DNA from: Fuerstiella sp. | GTDB lineage: Bacteria > Planctomycetota > Planctomycetia > Planctomycetales > Planctomycetaceae | Direction: 5' to 3' | DNA length: 64,000 nt | Assembly (NCBI GenBank): GCA_022447225.1 | Contig: JAKVAZ010000018.1 | Span: forward strand, 10,882 to 74,881 | Part shown: one piece after another, positions 39,506 through 49,311 of the stretch | Layout: the number at the start of each line of letters is the position of its first letter | How positions within the stretch are numbered: the first letter of the stretch is position 1 | The notes under the pieces: model-generated | What the model saw: only the letters and a program-made list of their open reading frames with translations | What the model was told of the DNA's origin: nothing | Databases searched by the model: none | Translations under genes and position numbers: made by a program

Positions 39506-41026
39506 GTGGGTAAGATTAGAAACAGATCTGTGGCTGCCGTGATTGCCATGACTGGAATCTGGATGGCGACCCCACTGATGGCTCGGGATGTGGTGGTTGA
39601 GGATCCCAATTCATGTTTCTCAGATCACGAGGCTGCGATCAAGTTGGGCAAAGCTTTGTTTTGGGATGTGCAGCTGGGGAGTGGTAACGGAGCGCAACAT
39701 GCTTGTGCCAGTTGCCACTATTCTGCCGGAGCAGACTCCAATCCGGAGCGTGTTGCGGTGAGTGAGATTTCGGATACGCCCGGCATCAACGATGCTAACG
39801 TTGTGGGGTCTCGAGGCGTTCAGCTCGCTGACTTCCGGGCAATCCGGGTTAATAATGGTGTCGCACACGCTGTGGAGGCATTTGAAGTGGTGGAACAGTC
39901 CACTCCTGGGGAATTGTCGCCTGGGTTCAACATCACGGGGCGTCAGGCACCGGCCGCAGTTAACTCGGACTCGATTCACCTGTTCTGGGACGGACGGGCC
40001 AACAACGTCTTCAACGGCTGCAATCCCTCGGGGAAACCCGCGACTGAACACGTCTTATGCACCCCGCAGGGTGTACGCGCGGTGGTCGTATTTGACGCAG
40101 CACAGGCATCGCAGGCAGTTGGTCCCCCCAACAATGAAGTGGAAATGGCTGCCCGTGGACGCCAGTACCCGGATTTGGGATACAAAATGATGCGTGTTCA
40201 GCCACTTGCCATGCAGAGAGGTGACCTCGCAGACGAGTTAGCTCAGTCAGGTGAAACCTACTACGACATGATTAACGATGTGTTTGGGGAAGGCCCCCTA
40301 AAACCTTTTCTTAGTGATGAGCTCTCAGGGCAGTATGCACGTGTCAGCATTGACGGGGCATCACCACAGTTGATCGAAACCACCTGCACGGAAAACAATT
40401 TCAGTTTGTTCTTTGGTATGGCCATTTATGCCTATGAGCAATCGCTGGTATCTGAAACACCACGGCCCACCAGAGCCCAAAAGCGATCATTTAAACGTCT
40501 GCGTTGCGACAAATGTCATTATGAGGACGGGACAAGTCATGCCACACTCGGTGATCTTGGTCGACGTCCATGGGTTGTTACAGGTGTGAGTTCTCTGGAT
40601 GAAGACCCAGGTATTGTTGAGGGGAACCTCAGTCCGGAGTCACCAGTTCCCAACGACGAAGGCGATCCTGGGGTGGGATATTTCAAGTCGGTGCATATCC
40701 TGAATCTTCCGTTGACCGGTCCCTATTTTCACGACGGACGGACAGCGACGATTGCCGGTACGATCGATTTCTACATCCGTGGAGGAAATCACGATCTTGA
40801 CAAGCTGGACAGTCAAATTCGTGAATTGAAACTTCGAGGAAATGATCGACAAAATGTCATTGATATGATGTTTCGGTTAACAGACCCAAGAATTGAGGCC
40901 GGAATCGGACCGTTTACTCATCCCAGTCTGCCCTTGTACGTTGATGACAGTCAGCCTGGAGTGCCGACCGTCATGCTTGAAGCTTCCGATGTCGGTAACG
41001 GCGGCCTGTCTTATATTATTCCTTGA
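39506..41026 (+). CDS. di-haem cytochrome c peroxidase (CCP/MauG) family protein, secreted
   Basis: There are two CxxCH motifs (CASCHY, CDKCHY), plus LGKALFWD and PYFHDG. GTG at 39506 is preceded by AAGGGGGA, and its product starts with the signal peptide VGKIRNRSVAAVIAMTGIWMATPLMA. Confidence 0.8.
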   Translation: MGKIRNRSVAAVIAMTGIWMATPLMARDVVVEDPNSCFSDHEAAIKLGKALFWDVQLGSGNGAQHACASCHYSAGADSNPERVAVSEISDTPGINDANVVGSRGVQLADFRAIRVNNGVAHAVEAFEVVEQSTPGELSPGFNITGRQAPAAVNSDSIHLFWDGRANNVFNGCNPSGKPATEHVLCTPQGVRAVVVFDAAQASQAVGPPNNEVEMAARGRQYPDLGYKMMRVQPLAMQRGDLADELAQSGETYYDMINDVFGEGPLKPFLSDELSGQYARVSIDGASPQLIETTCTENNFSLFFGMAIYAYEQSLVSETPRPTRAQKRSFKRLRCDKCHYEDGTSHATLGDLGRRPWVVTGVSSLDEDPGIVEGNLSPESPVPNDEGDPGVGYFKSVHILNLPLTGPYFHDGRTATIAGTIDFYIRGGNHDLDKLDSQIRELKLRGNDRQNVIDMMFRLTDPRIEAGIGPFTHPSLPLYVDDSQPGVPTVMLEASDVGNGGLSYIIP

Positions 41027-41348
41027 ATGGTGTGCGTTGTTCAGGTCACAGGCCGGGTTTTCCGGTCTAAACGGCGGCCACGGACTGTACCTGTGATTCG
41101 ACGCCGGCGATTGGATTGACCATCAGATCTGCCGATCTGTGGTCTGTTACCGATGATTCAGACAGCGCGGAGGCGTTCTGAACCATCTGATCAGTATGCC
41201 TGGACCTGAAAACTTCGGCCTGTTTCGAATGTAGAAACGGCTGAATATGTCTGACGTAAACAGAGACAATCCGGACGAACTCTGCTACGAGCTGTGTGTC
41301 AAACGCGGTTTTTAATAGGCGCCAGGCAGGGCTCTGGCCGACAACCGT

Positions 41349-42362
41349 TTATGATGACCGGGAGTGCGTCACTGCATCCGGCTCATGCACAACATCCCCA
41401 ATGGCAATGGTTAGCTGTTTATTGTCCAGCCGGATCTGTGCTTCATCTGAGTGTATTTCAATCACTGTCAGTACACTTGAACCCAGATGCAGCGAGCCGT
41501 TTGCTTCGAGAATCGAATCCTGTCCACTGGATGAATTTATGAACCACGCCTGACGGATCCCATTGTTGAGCACGGAACCAGCGAACAGCCAGGATTCGGG
41601 AGGCTGAGGCGTTGGTTCTTCGTGTGTCGGTTCAACGTCCGCTGGTACTTCGTGTGTTGGTTCAATGTTTGGTATTGGTTCGGTATCTTTGGGTTCATTG
41701 CGTGAGACTGTGGTGACAGCAGCTTGAGCATCCCGAACTTGTCTTTGAAAAAAATCCTGCTGCGAGAACGCCAGTTGCAGGGAATTACCATCCGTAACCG
41801 GCAGTGCATCCGGTAAACGTGCTGTATTCTCAGATCCGTTTGCGGCGAAAACTTCCAGCGTCATGGTCAAAGTACGAGTCCCGGACGTTGAATTTCCGTG
41901 TGATGCGATATTCAGATGAGTGACCCGGTGCAGGAGCCTGGTTGTCTGAATACTGTCCAGCAAGGCACCAATGCGGGACAGGGTGGCGGATCCGGAAACG
42001 GAGAACGGGATGCGATGTCCCGCCTGTTCGACCGGTATCGCCGGTCCAGGGGTCACCATCGCATCGTTGATCTGACATGATTTCAAACAGCGTATCAGCC
42101 AGTGCTGATAAACGACGGATGCTGTATCCGGATCGCTCGGCAGACTTTGGTTCTGGAACTCTTCCAGCTGCGCAGCAACCTGGTACACAGTTTCCCGTTC
42201 TCGCTGCAGACGCCGGTCTTCAGCGGTTGCAGTGCGCAGCTTTTGCTGTAATGCGGTGATTGGATGGAATACATATTGTCCGACGGTCTGCCAGGCGATC
42301 ATTCCTGCCAGGGCAATCCCAAAGATTCGGAACAGGCGTTTTTCCCGTTTTGTGTTCAACAT
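41349..42362 (-). CDS. T2SS/T4P inner-membrane platform protein, GspM/PilO-like N-terminal half with a PilP/GspC-HR-like C-terminal beta domain
   Basis: A single N-terminal TM (FRIFGIALAGMIAWQTV) is followed by a coiled coil. Then comes a Pro/Glu-rich linker with the repeat EPTHE(V/E)P, then WLFAGSVLNNGIRQAWFINSSSGQDSILEANGSLHLGSSVLTVIEIHSDEAQIRL. The start overlaps the stop of the upstream gspL-like gene. Confidence 0.5.
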   Translation of the reverse strand: MLNTKREKRLFRIFGIALAGMIAWQTVGQYVFHPITALQQKLRTATAEDRRLQRERETVYQVAAQLEEFQNQSLPSDPDTASVVYQHWLIRCLKSCQINDAMVTPGPAIPVEQAGHRIPFSVSGSATLSRIGALLDSIQTTRLLHRVTHLNIASHGNSTSGTRTLTMTLEVFAANGSENTARLPDALPVTDGNSLQLAFSQQDFFQRQVRDAQAAVTTVSRNEPKDTEPIPNIEPTHEVPADVEPTHEEPTPQPPESWLFAGSVLNNGIRQAWFINSSSGQDSILEANGSLHLGSSVLTVIEIHSDEAQIRLDNKQLTIAIGDVVHEPDAVTHSRSS

Positions 42363-43813
42363 CAGGATTCTCCCGGCTTAGAGTACGACTGATGATGTGG
42401 CAGCGTGGTTTCAACCTGAAACTGAGATCGAAACTGTGCGTCGCGGGTTGCCGGTTCAATTCCGTGTAGCTTTAACTGGTACCGGTCGTTCAGCAGACGA
42501 TGATTGAACTGCATGACGTCAGCCGTTTCTTTGGCAACCCCGTCGAGTCGCAGGACGGCCGCTTCCCGGCCTGCGATGTTTTCCAGCCGTAAACGGGTGA
42601 GGTAAATACGTTCCTGGTCAGGTAGATGACTGTGCAGTCGCAGCAATTCCCGAGAAACATCACTCTGTTCAAACTGCCACCGGCTGAGTGCATTCCATTG
42701 TGCGAGGAGAGATTCTGCATGCTGAAGTATTTGTCTGTTGCGGTCGATACGGGTGGTCACAGAGTGCAGATCTGCCTGCAGTGACTGATGCCACAGTAAT
42801 AATAGGGTCGCGGCCAGCAGTAAGACAGCGGTGACAGGAACGACCCGGCGTATCAGTTGCCGTCGTCGTGTCCGATGTGGACTGACCGGCAGTTTAGGGT
42901 GCAACAGATCGATTGTTTGTTCTGCTGATCGGCCATCGAGACAGACGGCATGGATCAATCCCGCATCATCCTCGGCACCATCTTCCAGGGGGCATCTGCT
43001 GACACGGGGATCGTTTATCTGCCGGACCAGTGCCTGGGTGTGTCTGCCGAGTACATAGACCCTGCCGACGTTGGACATTGTCAGATCGCCCGGCAGTGAG
43101 TCCTGCAGCCGTCGGCAAAGGCTGTCCATCTGTTGGGCCGCCTGCCTGATGTCGGCAGGCATCCGCATAGTCACCGTCGTCACGGGCCGCTGCCTGTGAA
43201 TAAAAACAGCTTCCATTTCCATCTCACCGGCCAGAAGCATTATGAACGAATCGCAATGACTCTTCTTAATCAGTTGTCCCAGACACAGTTCAGCCAGACA
43301 ACACGTGTCAGCGTTGATTCCTGCAGCTTCCAGTGACGCAACAATTCCCTGAGTGATATTACGAGGGCAGGCCACGAGCGTGGCAAACGATGCCTGACCT
43401 GATTCTGTTCTGTGCAGCAGATAGTCATAAGACAACTCACGATTAAGAGTATGCTCACGTTCCTCGATATGCAGGGCGACTGCCTGCGGTATGTCGGAGT
43501 TCGGTATTTCGGCTACATTGACAGTGCGAACGATTGTTGTCTGTCGGGGCAATGCAATGACCGCCGGACCGGGTGTCATCTGTACCTGATCCATTTTACG
43601 GCGGATGGCCATTCCCATGACTTGTGGATCGGACGGGCAGTATTCCTCCTGATGGTTCAGCGTGACAGACCGAACAACACGCGGGACACCGGCATGAAAT
43701 CGGACTTCGGACAATATTATCTGTGTTCGCAGCCACTGCACGACCAGTCCGGGACGAGACGCTCCGTGCAGTGGAAGCAGATCACTGAGATTTTTCATCC
43801 GACTGAAATTCAT
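42362..43813 (-). CDS. gspL: GspL-like assembly protein (PilM-type actin-like cytoplasmic domain, TM, PilN-type periplasmic domain)
   Basis: The 483-aa ORF has an N-terminal ~300-aa PilM-like region, a basic stretch plus TM (RRRQLIRRVVPVTAVLLLAATLLLLW), and a coiled-coil periplasmic tail. Its position between gspH and the gspM-like gene also fits. Confidence 0.6.
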   Translation of the reverse strand: MNFSRMKNLSDLLPLHGASRPGLVVQWLRTQIILSEVRFHAGVPRVVRSVTLNHQEEYCPSDPQVMGMAIRRKMDQVQMTPGPAVIALPRQTTIVRTVNVAEIPNSDIPQAVALHIEEREHTLNRELSYDYLLHRTESGQASFATLVACPRNITQGIVASLEAAGINADTCCLAELCLGQLIKKSHCDSFIMLLAGEMEMEAVFIHRQRPVTTVTMRMPADIRQAAQQMDSLCRRLQDSLPGDLTMSNVGRVYVLGRHTQALVRQINDPRVSRCPLEDGAEDDAGLIHAVCLDGRSAEQTIDLLHPKLPVSPHRTRRRQLIRRVVPVTAVLLLAATLLLLWHQSLQADLHSVTTRIDRNRQILQHAESLLAQWNALSRWQFEQSDVSRELLRLHSHLPDQERIYLTRLRLENIAGREAAVLRLDGVAKETADVMQFNHRLLNDRYQLKLHGIEPATRDAQFRSQFQVETTLPHHQSYSKPGES

Positions 43814-44325
43814 TCTGCCTCTTCCAACGTCACCATGCCTGTTAATCGGTCAAGTCGCAGCACTGCAGTGCTTCCCTGGTGATCCTGGATGATGATTCGA
43901 GCTGCCGACGTGGTGCCGCCTGGATAGAACAAAAGATGTTCCAGCGGTCGCCCCTGAAAGTCTTCCGCCTGAACGGAACGGATATCGGATTCAAAGTCGG
44001 ACTTCAGTGGAACTCTGTCAGTGGCTGGTGAGCCGACAGTCGCTGAGAACCCGGGTCGGGACTCAGTCGGCAGGCTGACCATCCATGTCACTCCCGAACG
44101 AATTGCATCAATACGGGCTCCCAGACACTGATGTCTGATCGCTGTCTCTGCCCGTTGCAGTGGCATGCGGGCCTGCCATCCGAAAAGTGCAGGCAGTGTT
44201 ACTGACGTCAGAACCAAAATGAGACTCAGCGTCAGCATTATTTCCAGCAATGTAAATCCCGAGCACGTTTCATCGGTGCGGAACTTTTGACAATGACAAT
44301 CTGTCGATCTGGGAATGGACCTCAT
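43810..44325 (-). CDS. gspH: minor pseudopilin, GspH-like
   Basis: The prepilin-type N-terminus is SGFTLLEIMLTLSLILVLTSV. ATG at 44325 lies just after the gspG stop, and the 171-aa size fits. The ORF maximum reaches 44505. Confidence 0.6.
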   Translation of the reverse strand: MRSIPRSTDCHCQKFRTDETCSGFTLLEIMLTLSLILVLTSVTLPALFGWQARMPLQRAETAIRHQCLGARIDAIRSGVTWMVSLPTESRPGFSATVGSPATDRVPLKSDFESDIRSVQAEDFQGRPLEHLLFYPGGTTSAARIIIQDHQGSTAVLRLDRLTGMVTLEEAE

Positions 44326-44329
44326 CTGA

Positions 44330-44761
44330 TCACCTGATGTCCCAGTTGGTGATGTCGTCATCACTTCCCGGAATGCCGTCGGGACCAGCCGAAGAAATGT
44401 CGAATGTGTCTTTAAGGTGAACTCCGGGACTTCGGTAATCGAAATCGTTTCCCCAGGCATCCTGCGGAGTTCGTTCCAGATACGGCCCCCGCCATTTGGA
44501 ATCACTGTTGCTCGGACGACTTACCAGTACCTGCAGGGAGTCGGCAGTGGTTGGGTAACGCCCGTGATGATCCAGAGAATACAGTCGAAGGGCCTGAGTG
44601 ATACCTTCGATACTGCCGTAGGTGGTATCGATACTGGCGAGTTGCTGACGGCCCAGCAGCCGAGGCACAACCATGGCCATGATGATGCCCATGATTCCCA
44701 GTACCAGCAACACCTCCATGAGTGTGAAGCCGTGACGGCGACTGTTCGGATGGTGTTTCAT
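44330..44761 (-). CDS. gspG: type II secretion major pseudopilin GspG
   Basis: MKHHPNSRRHGFTLMEVLLVLGIMGIIMAMV is a class III signal, and the C-terminal GPDGIPGSDDDITNW is the typical GspG calcium loop. Confidence 0.88.
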   Translation of the reverse strand: MKHHPNSRRHGFTLMEVLLVLGIMGIIMAMVVPRLLGRQQLASIDTTYGSIEGITQALRLYSLDHHGRYPTTADSLQVLVSRPSNSDSKWRGPYLERTPQDAWGNDFDYRSPGVHLKDTFDISSAGPDGIPGSDDDITNWDIR

Positions 44762-44795
44762 ACCAGCAAACCTTTTTATCAGTATCCGCAATCGT

Positions 44796-45992
44796 TTATA
44801 CCAGGCCGTTGCTTTCGAAGACAGGCATCAACAGTGCAACCACAAGAAATCCTACGATGATGGCCATCACCAGCATCAGGGCCGGTTCCAGCATCCTCAC
44901 AAAAAGATCAAGACGCTGCTGAGCCCGCACATCCAGTTTTTCAGAGACACGCAGCAGTACAGATTCCAGACGATTGGACTGCTCAGCCACCTGCATCATC
45001 TGCAGAATATCGCCGGTGAACTGACCACAGGAAGCCAGCGGGGTGGTTAATGAGTCACCGGATGCCACACTTTCTGCGGCCGCATTAATGGACTCACTTA
45101 GTTCCCTGTTGGCAGCCGCCTTTGCGGCAATGTCCAGAGACCGCAGCATGGGGACTCCGTTCTGCAGAAGTGAACCCAGGATTCGGCAGAAACGGGCGAT
45201 GGCGAAGTCACGTATGATTGGTCCAATCAGCCAGGTTCGCAGCAGTGCACGATCCATCAGACGACGGGAGGTCGACCCTGTCAGCATTTTCCAGGAAAGC
45301 ATAACTCCCAGACCACAGGCAGCGGCGAGCCACAGGCCCCATACCTTGAGAAAACCACTGAGTGCCAGCAAAATCAACGTGGACATCGGCATTGCATCCG
45401 CCTTTCGCAGGTTTTCGAACAGCGGATCAAATTTGGGCACAAAGAAGGTCAGCATTCCCACCACAACAATCGTTCCTACGATGACCAGCAGCAGCGGGTA
45501 GGCCAGTGCCCCCAGAATGCGACTTTTGGTGGCTTCATTACGTTCACGGACCATCGCGATGCGTCTCAGGGCATCCGGCAGAAACGCGCCTTCTTCGCCG
45601 GCCCGAATGACGCTGGTATCCAGCGGCCCAAAAATTCCGGTCTGCTGTTCCATTGCATCTGCCAGACCGGCACCATCCGACACGCGATCTGCAACATGAT
45701 TGAGGCTGTGCCGAAATGTTTCACTGTCCGATTGTTCTTCTAAAACCTGTAGAGCATTCAGCAGGGGTACTCCGGTTTCCAGCTGATCGGCCAGCATGGA
45801 GTAGGCTGAGGCAAGCACGGAAGATCGGACTCTGCCGTGTCGAACATTCGTGTGAGAGTGCTGTTGCAGCAGAACAGGCGTTAACTGCTGTTCCATGAGC
45901 ACACGCAGTGCATCCCCTCGGGAGGGGGCACTCACGATGCCGGATACTCGCCGTAACTCTGCATCCGAAGCTGTGTATTCGAACTCAGCCAT
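44796..45992 (-). CDS. gspF: type II secretion inner-membrane platform protein GspF
   Basis: The N-terminus MAEFEYTASDAELRRVSGIV is canonical for GspF/PilC. Two T2SSF repeats with three TM segments are present. The ORF maximum is at 46043. Confidence 0.88.
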   Translation of the reverse strand: MAEFEYTASDAELRRVSGIVSAPSRGDALRVLMEQQLTPVLLQQHSHTNVRHGRVRSSVLASAYSMLADQLETGVPLLNALQVLEEQSDSETFRHSLNHVADRVSDGAGLADAMEQQTGIFGPLDTSVIRAGEEGAFLPDALRRIAMVRERNEATKSRILGALAYPLLLVIVGTIVVVGMLTFFVPKFDPLFENLRKADAMPMSTLILLALSGFLKVWGLWLAAACGLGVMLSWKMLTGSTSRRLMDRALLRTWLIGPIIRDFAIARFCRILGSLLQNGVPMLRSLDIAAKAAANRELSESINAAAESVASGDSLTTPLASCGQFTGDILQMMQVAEQSNRLESVLLRVSEKLDVRAQQRLDLFVRMLEPALMLVMAIIVGFLVVALLMPVFESNGLV

Positions 45993-46338
45993 TGAAACTT
46001 GTGCTCTCACAGGTACTTTTACTGTATCGCTGGTCTGCTGCACGTCTGAATTTTATACCGGATGTCAGCGATGTGCCTGCTTCGAACGGAATTGTATTTG
46101 TCCGCGACAGATTGGTTGCGGCGGGTGCAGCGAGACTGATGATTCCTTATGCATACGGTCTCATTTTGTGGACTGTCGTCTCCTGGTGTGAATCGGATGT
46201 TTGTGCCATTGAATCTATGGTCCCGAATGATTGATGTCTGGAAACAAGATTCGTTGATAATTGGTTCGATTCAGGCAAAAACGTAATTTTCGTACAACTT
46301 GTGACGTATGGTAGACGGTTCCGGAGGTCACTCGTTCC

Positions 46339-46773
46339 GTGAAGTCCATTGTTACATCCCCGGCAAGTCGACATCGCCGCGGAGTCACTCTGCTGGAGAT
46401 TCTTCTTGCCAGTGTGATTCTGGCTGTTGCGCTCAGTGCTTTGACGCAACGCAGTTTTGTGGCGGCACAGGCTGCTCGTCGAATTGAACTGGAAACTGAA
46501 GCTGCTGTTCGCTGCAGTTCCCGACTGAACGAATTGATGTTGGAACCGGGGGAGCTGGCAGACCGAACATTCGGCGTTGCCGGTGATCATTCCGGCTGGC
46601 ACTGGGAAGCGACCGTCGAACCAACGTCATTCCCGCGTACCAGACGTCTGCAGGTGCGAGTCTGGCAGGAAGGTCCACTGCAGCGTCTGACGCAGTTCCG
46701 GATCAGCCGCCTGTTGGTGGAATCTCCTGAATCTTCAGTAGACCAGTCGGTTACGGAAGGATGGACGTTCTAA
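46339..46773 (+). CDS. gspI: minor pseudopilin, GspI-like
   Basis: RRGVTLLEILLASVILAVALSAL is the prepilin motif. The 144-aa size fits. The start codon is GTG, and the gene is first in a three-gene plus-strand block. Confidence 0.6.
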   Translation: MKSIVTSPASRHRRGVTLLEILLASVILAVALSALTQRSFVAAQAARRIELETEAAVRCSSRLNELMLEPGELADRTFGVAGDHSGWHWEATVEPTSFPRTRRLQVRVWQEGPLQRLTQFRISRLLVESPESSVDQSVTEGWTF

Positions 46774-47606
46774 TGCAGGTCCGCCGCCCAACTGGTTTGT
46801 GTACCGGTGTTCGACACGGTTTCACTCTGCTGGAAACTCTGCTGGCGACGGCACTGTGTTCGATGTTGCTGATCGCGGCTTACTCCTCTATCCGGCTTTA
46901 CTGGAACTATCGAGTTCGCAGTCAGGATCAGATTGCCGGTTCTGCCAGGCTGCTTGCTCTGATCGATGACATCAGTACGGACCTGAGAGCGGCGTGCCCT
47001 GCTCCTCCAGATCCTCCGGTCCAGGCTGATTTCAGTGATGCGGACACATCAGCTGATTTACGGCCGGAACAGATCAACAATCAGACCGATCTGCCGGAAG
47101 TATTGATTCTGCCCGGGGCAGTGGCCCGGTATGAACCTGTTCATGTGGCAGGGGGAAAGGACTGGTTGAGTGTGCTGGCTGGCCAAGGATCTCCGCGATT
47201 TCCTGATGCGGAAACCTCGATGGAGTTGTGTTACATCGTGTGGTGTCTGAATCAGGGGCAATCAGTCAGTTTGCCCGTAAACATACAGTCAGTAACGGAC
47301 CTGTCACTCAGTCTTTCCGGTCTCGATCACGGTCTGGTGCGACTGAAATTTCCCGTTACACCGGGCCTTCAGCGGGATTTGATTACCCCTGAGGTAACTG
47401 GTTCCGTTATTGATCAGATGTCTTCGATACATTTTGAGTATTTCGACGGCAGTCAGTGGCTGAATCTGTGGGGAAAAGATCAGTCGTACCGCTGTCCTGA
47501 TGCCGTGCGGATGACGTGTCAGTTTGAAGATCAAACGGAGGTGGAACGAACAGTCACGATCCGGCTGCCCCAGTCATTCTCAGAAGTCCGAGGAGACTGG
47601 CAATGA
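46761..47606 (+). CDS. gspJ: minor pseudopilin, GspJ-like
   Basis: RHGFTLLETLLATALCSMLLIAAY is the prepilin motif. The gene overlaps gspI by 13 nt and gspK by 4 nt. Confidence 0.6.
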   Translation: MDVLMQVRRPTGLCTGVRHGFTLLETLLATALCSMLLIAAYSSIRLYWNYRVRSQDQIAGSARLLALIDDISTDLRAACPAPPDPPVQADFSDADTSADLRPEQINNQTDLPEVLILPGAVARYEPVHVAGGKDWLSVLAGQGSPRFPDAETSMELCYIVWCLNQGQSVSLPVNIQSVTDLSLSLSGLDHGLVRLKFPVTPGLQRDLITPEVTGSVIDQMSSIHFEYFDGSQWLNLWGKDQSYRCPDAVRMTCQFEDQTEVERTVTIRLPQSFSEVRGDWQ

Positions 47607-49186
47607 AACGACGGGACTTTGCCCGGTCACCGATCAACAGTCACCCACGCCGTGGGGTGGTGCTTGTTCTCGTACTGGTGATTGTGACCCTGTTGAGTTA
47701 TTCCGTTTACTCGTTCACAGAACGTACGCTGCTGGAATACACGGCCGTGCATTCTTCACACGATCACATACAGCGACGGGAACTTGCTGCGTCTGCAGTC
47801 GAACTGAGCAAAGTCGCGATTCACGATCCTCAAACAACAGGACTCCACAGCGGGCCGGTGAGGCTGCCGAAATTTTCTGAGCGTGGGTGCAGTGCCGCTG
47901 TGATTCGCCGTTTTCCGGAACGTGGAAAACCCGCACTGTTTGGTTTGCAGGATGAATCCGCCCGATTGAATGTCAATGCACTGCCGCTGGAGTCGTCTGA
48001 CCGTGATCATTCCCGGGACCGGTTGCTGGTATTACCTGGAATGACCGTGAAAATTGCCGATGCCATACTCGACTGGATGGATTCCGATGATGAACCATCT
48101 GAATTTGGAGCTGAATCCAGTTGGTATACGTCTCAAAATCCTCCCTACCGACCCCGACAATCGCGATTTGAGCATCTACGGGAACTGTTGCTGGTTCGCG
48201 GTATCACCTCAGACCTTTTGTTTGGCGAAGATCAGAACGCAAACGGTCTGCTGGACCCGAACGAAGATGACGGATCCGTCACCATGCCGCCCGACGATGA
48301 GAACGGCATTTTGAATCGGGGATGGAGTGAATTTCTGACCCTGGTCAGTCGCGAAGGTGTGCTGGACGCAGACGGGATAGTTAAGATCAATCTGAACCAG
48401 CAGGATCTGGCTGAGCTTTATGACGAACTGTTGCCGCTTTTGGGACCGGAGATGGCTCGTTACATTGTTGCCATGAGAATGGTTGAGGCCAAATGGCCGG
48501 ATGACCCTTCCCCGGATAAGGTTCCCGGTCAGCCCGAACGACAACAGGAAAAAGCAAAGCTGAATCTTCAGAATCAGCCTGAATTCGGATCCGATGACAC
48601 AGATCTCAACGAGGTCCGCGGCGGTATTGTGCTCAGTTCCCGCCCGCCCCAGCGGATCAGGTCACTTGTTCATCTGTTTGGCGGGCAACTCCGCATCACC
48701 ATTGATGAAGAAGATCAGATTCTCAAATCGCCATGGAGTTCCGATCCCGGTGTTCTGTCGCGTCAGCTTCCTGTTGTGGACCAATTGCTGACGACCACGG
48801 AGATGACAGCCATCGAAGGTCGTATCAACGTGAACCAGGCTTCGGAAACGGTTCTGAACAGTATTCCTCCCTTAACGCCTGCGGCCGCCCGGGCGATTTG
48901 GCGACAGCAGCCGGCACCGGAGGAAACGCCGGCAGAATACGATTCGGTGGCCTGGTTGGTCACACGTGGCATTCTTGCCCCGTCCGATTTAAGGCAGATA
49001 GCAGAGTATGTCACCGTTAAAGGTGACGTTCAGGGCGGGATTGCTCTGGGATGGTACAGCGATGCTGAAGCGGTTGCTGCAGTACAGTTTGTGCTGGATT
49101 GTTCAGGGTTTCGCCATCGGTTGTTGCTGCATCGTGATTTGCAGGTGATTTCTCGCAACCGGTGCGGCGTTAACCATCATCGATGA
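47603..49186 (+). CDS. gspK: minor pseudopilin GspK-like (long, 527 aa)
   Basis: The N-terminal hydrophobic segment has no Glu5 (RRGVVLVLVLVIVTLL). ILDWMDSDDEPS matches the GspK DWxDxD motif, and there are helix-hairpin-helix-like repeats. Confidence 0.7.
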   Translation: MKRRDFARSPINSHPRRGVVLVLVLVIVTLLSYSVYSFTERTLLEYTAVHSSHDHIQRRELAASAVELSKVAIHDPQTTGLHSGPVRLPKFSERGCSAAVIRRFPERGKPALFGLQDESARLNVNALPLESSDRDHSRDRLLVLPGMTVKIADAILDWMDSDDEPSEFGAESSWYTSQNPPYRPRQSRFEHLRELLLVRGITSDLLFGEDQNANGLLDPNEDDGSVTMPPDDENGILNRGWSEFLTLVSREGVLDADGIVKINLNQQDLAELYDELLPLLGPEMARYIVAMRMVEAKWPDDPSPDKVPGQPERQQEKAKLNLQNQPEFGSDDTDLNEVRGGIVLSSRPPQRIRSLVHLFGGQLRITIDEEDQILKSPWSSDPGVLSRQLPVVDQLLTTTEMTAIEGRINVNQASETVLNSIPPLTPAAARAIWRQQPAPEETPAEYDSVAWLVTRGILAPSDLRQIAEYVTVKGDVQGGIALGWYSDAEAVAAVQFVLDCSGFRHRLLLHRDLQVISRNRCGVNHHR

Positions 49187-49311
49187 AACGATGTTCAGGA
49201 CAGGCCAGGGCGCTGTGTATTGTTGAAAACGGACGGCGACCGGTATGCCGCGGAACCGGACCGGTTGGTCATTGCGGTAACGCCTACTAACCGGCCCTCT
49301 GATATCGTCCT

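Noticed and set aside
49254-49266. Palindrome AACCGG-A-CCGGTT at the convergent gspK/gspE junction as a bidirectional terminator
   Set aside because: A 1-nt loop cannot fold as a hairpin, and there is no flanking U-tract. It is more likely a chance palindrome or a protein or restriction site.
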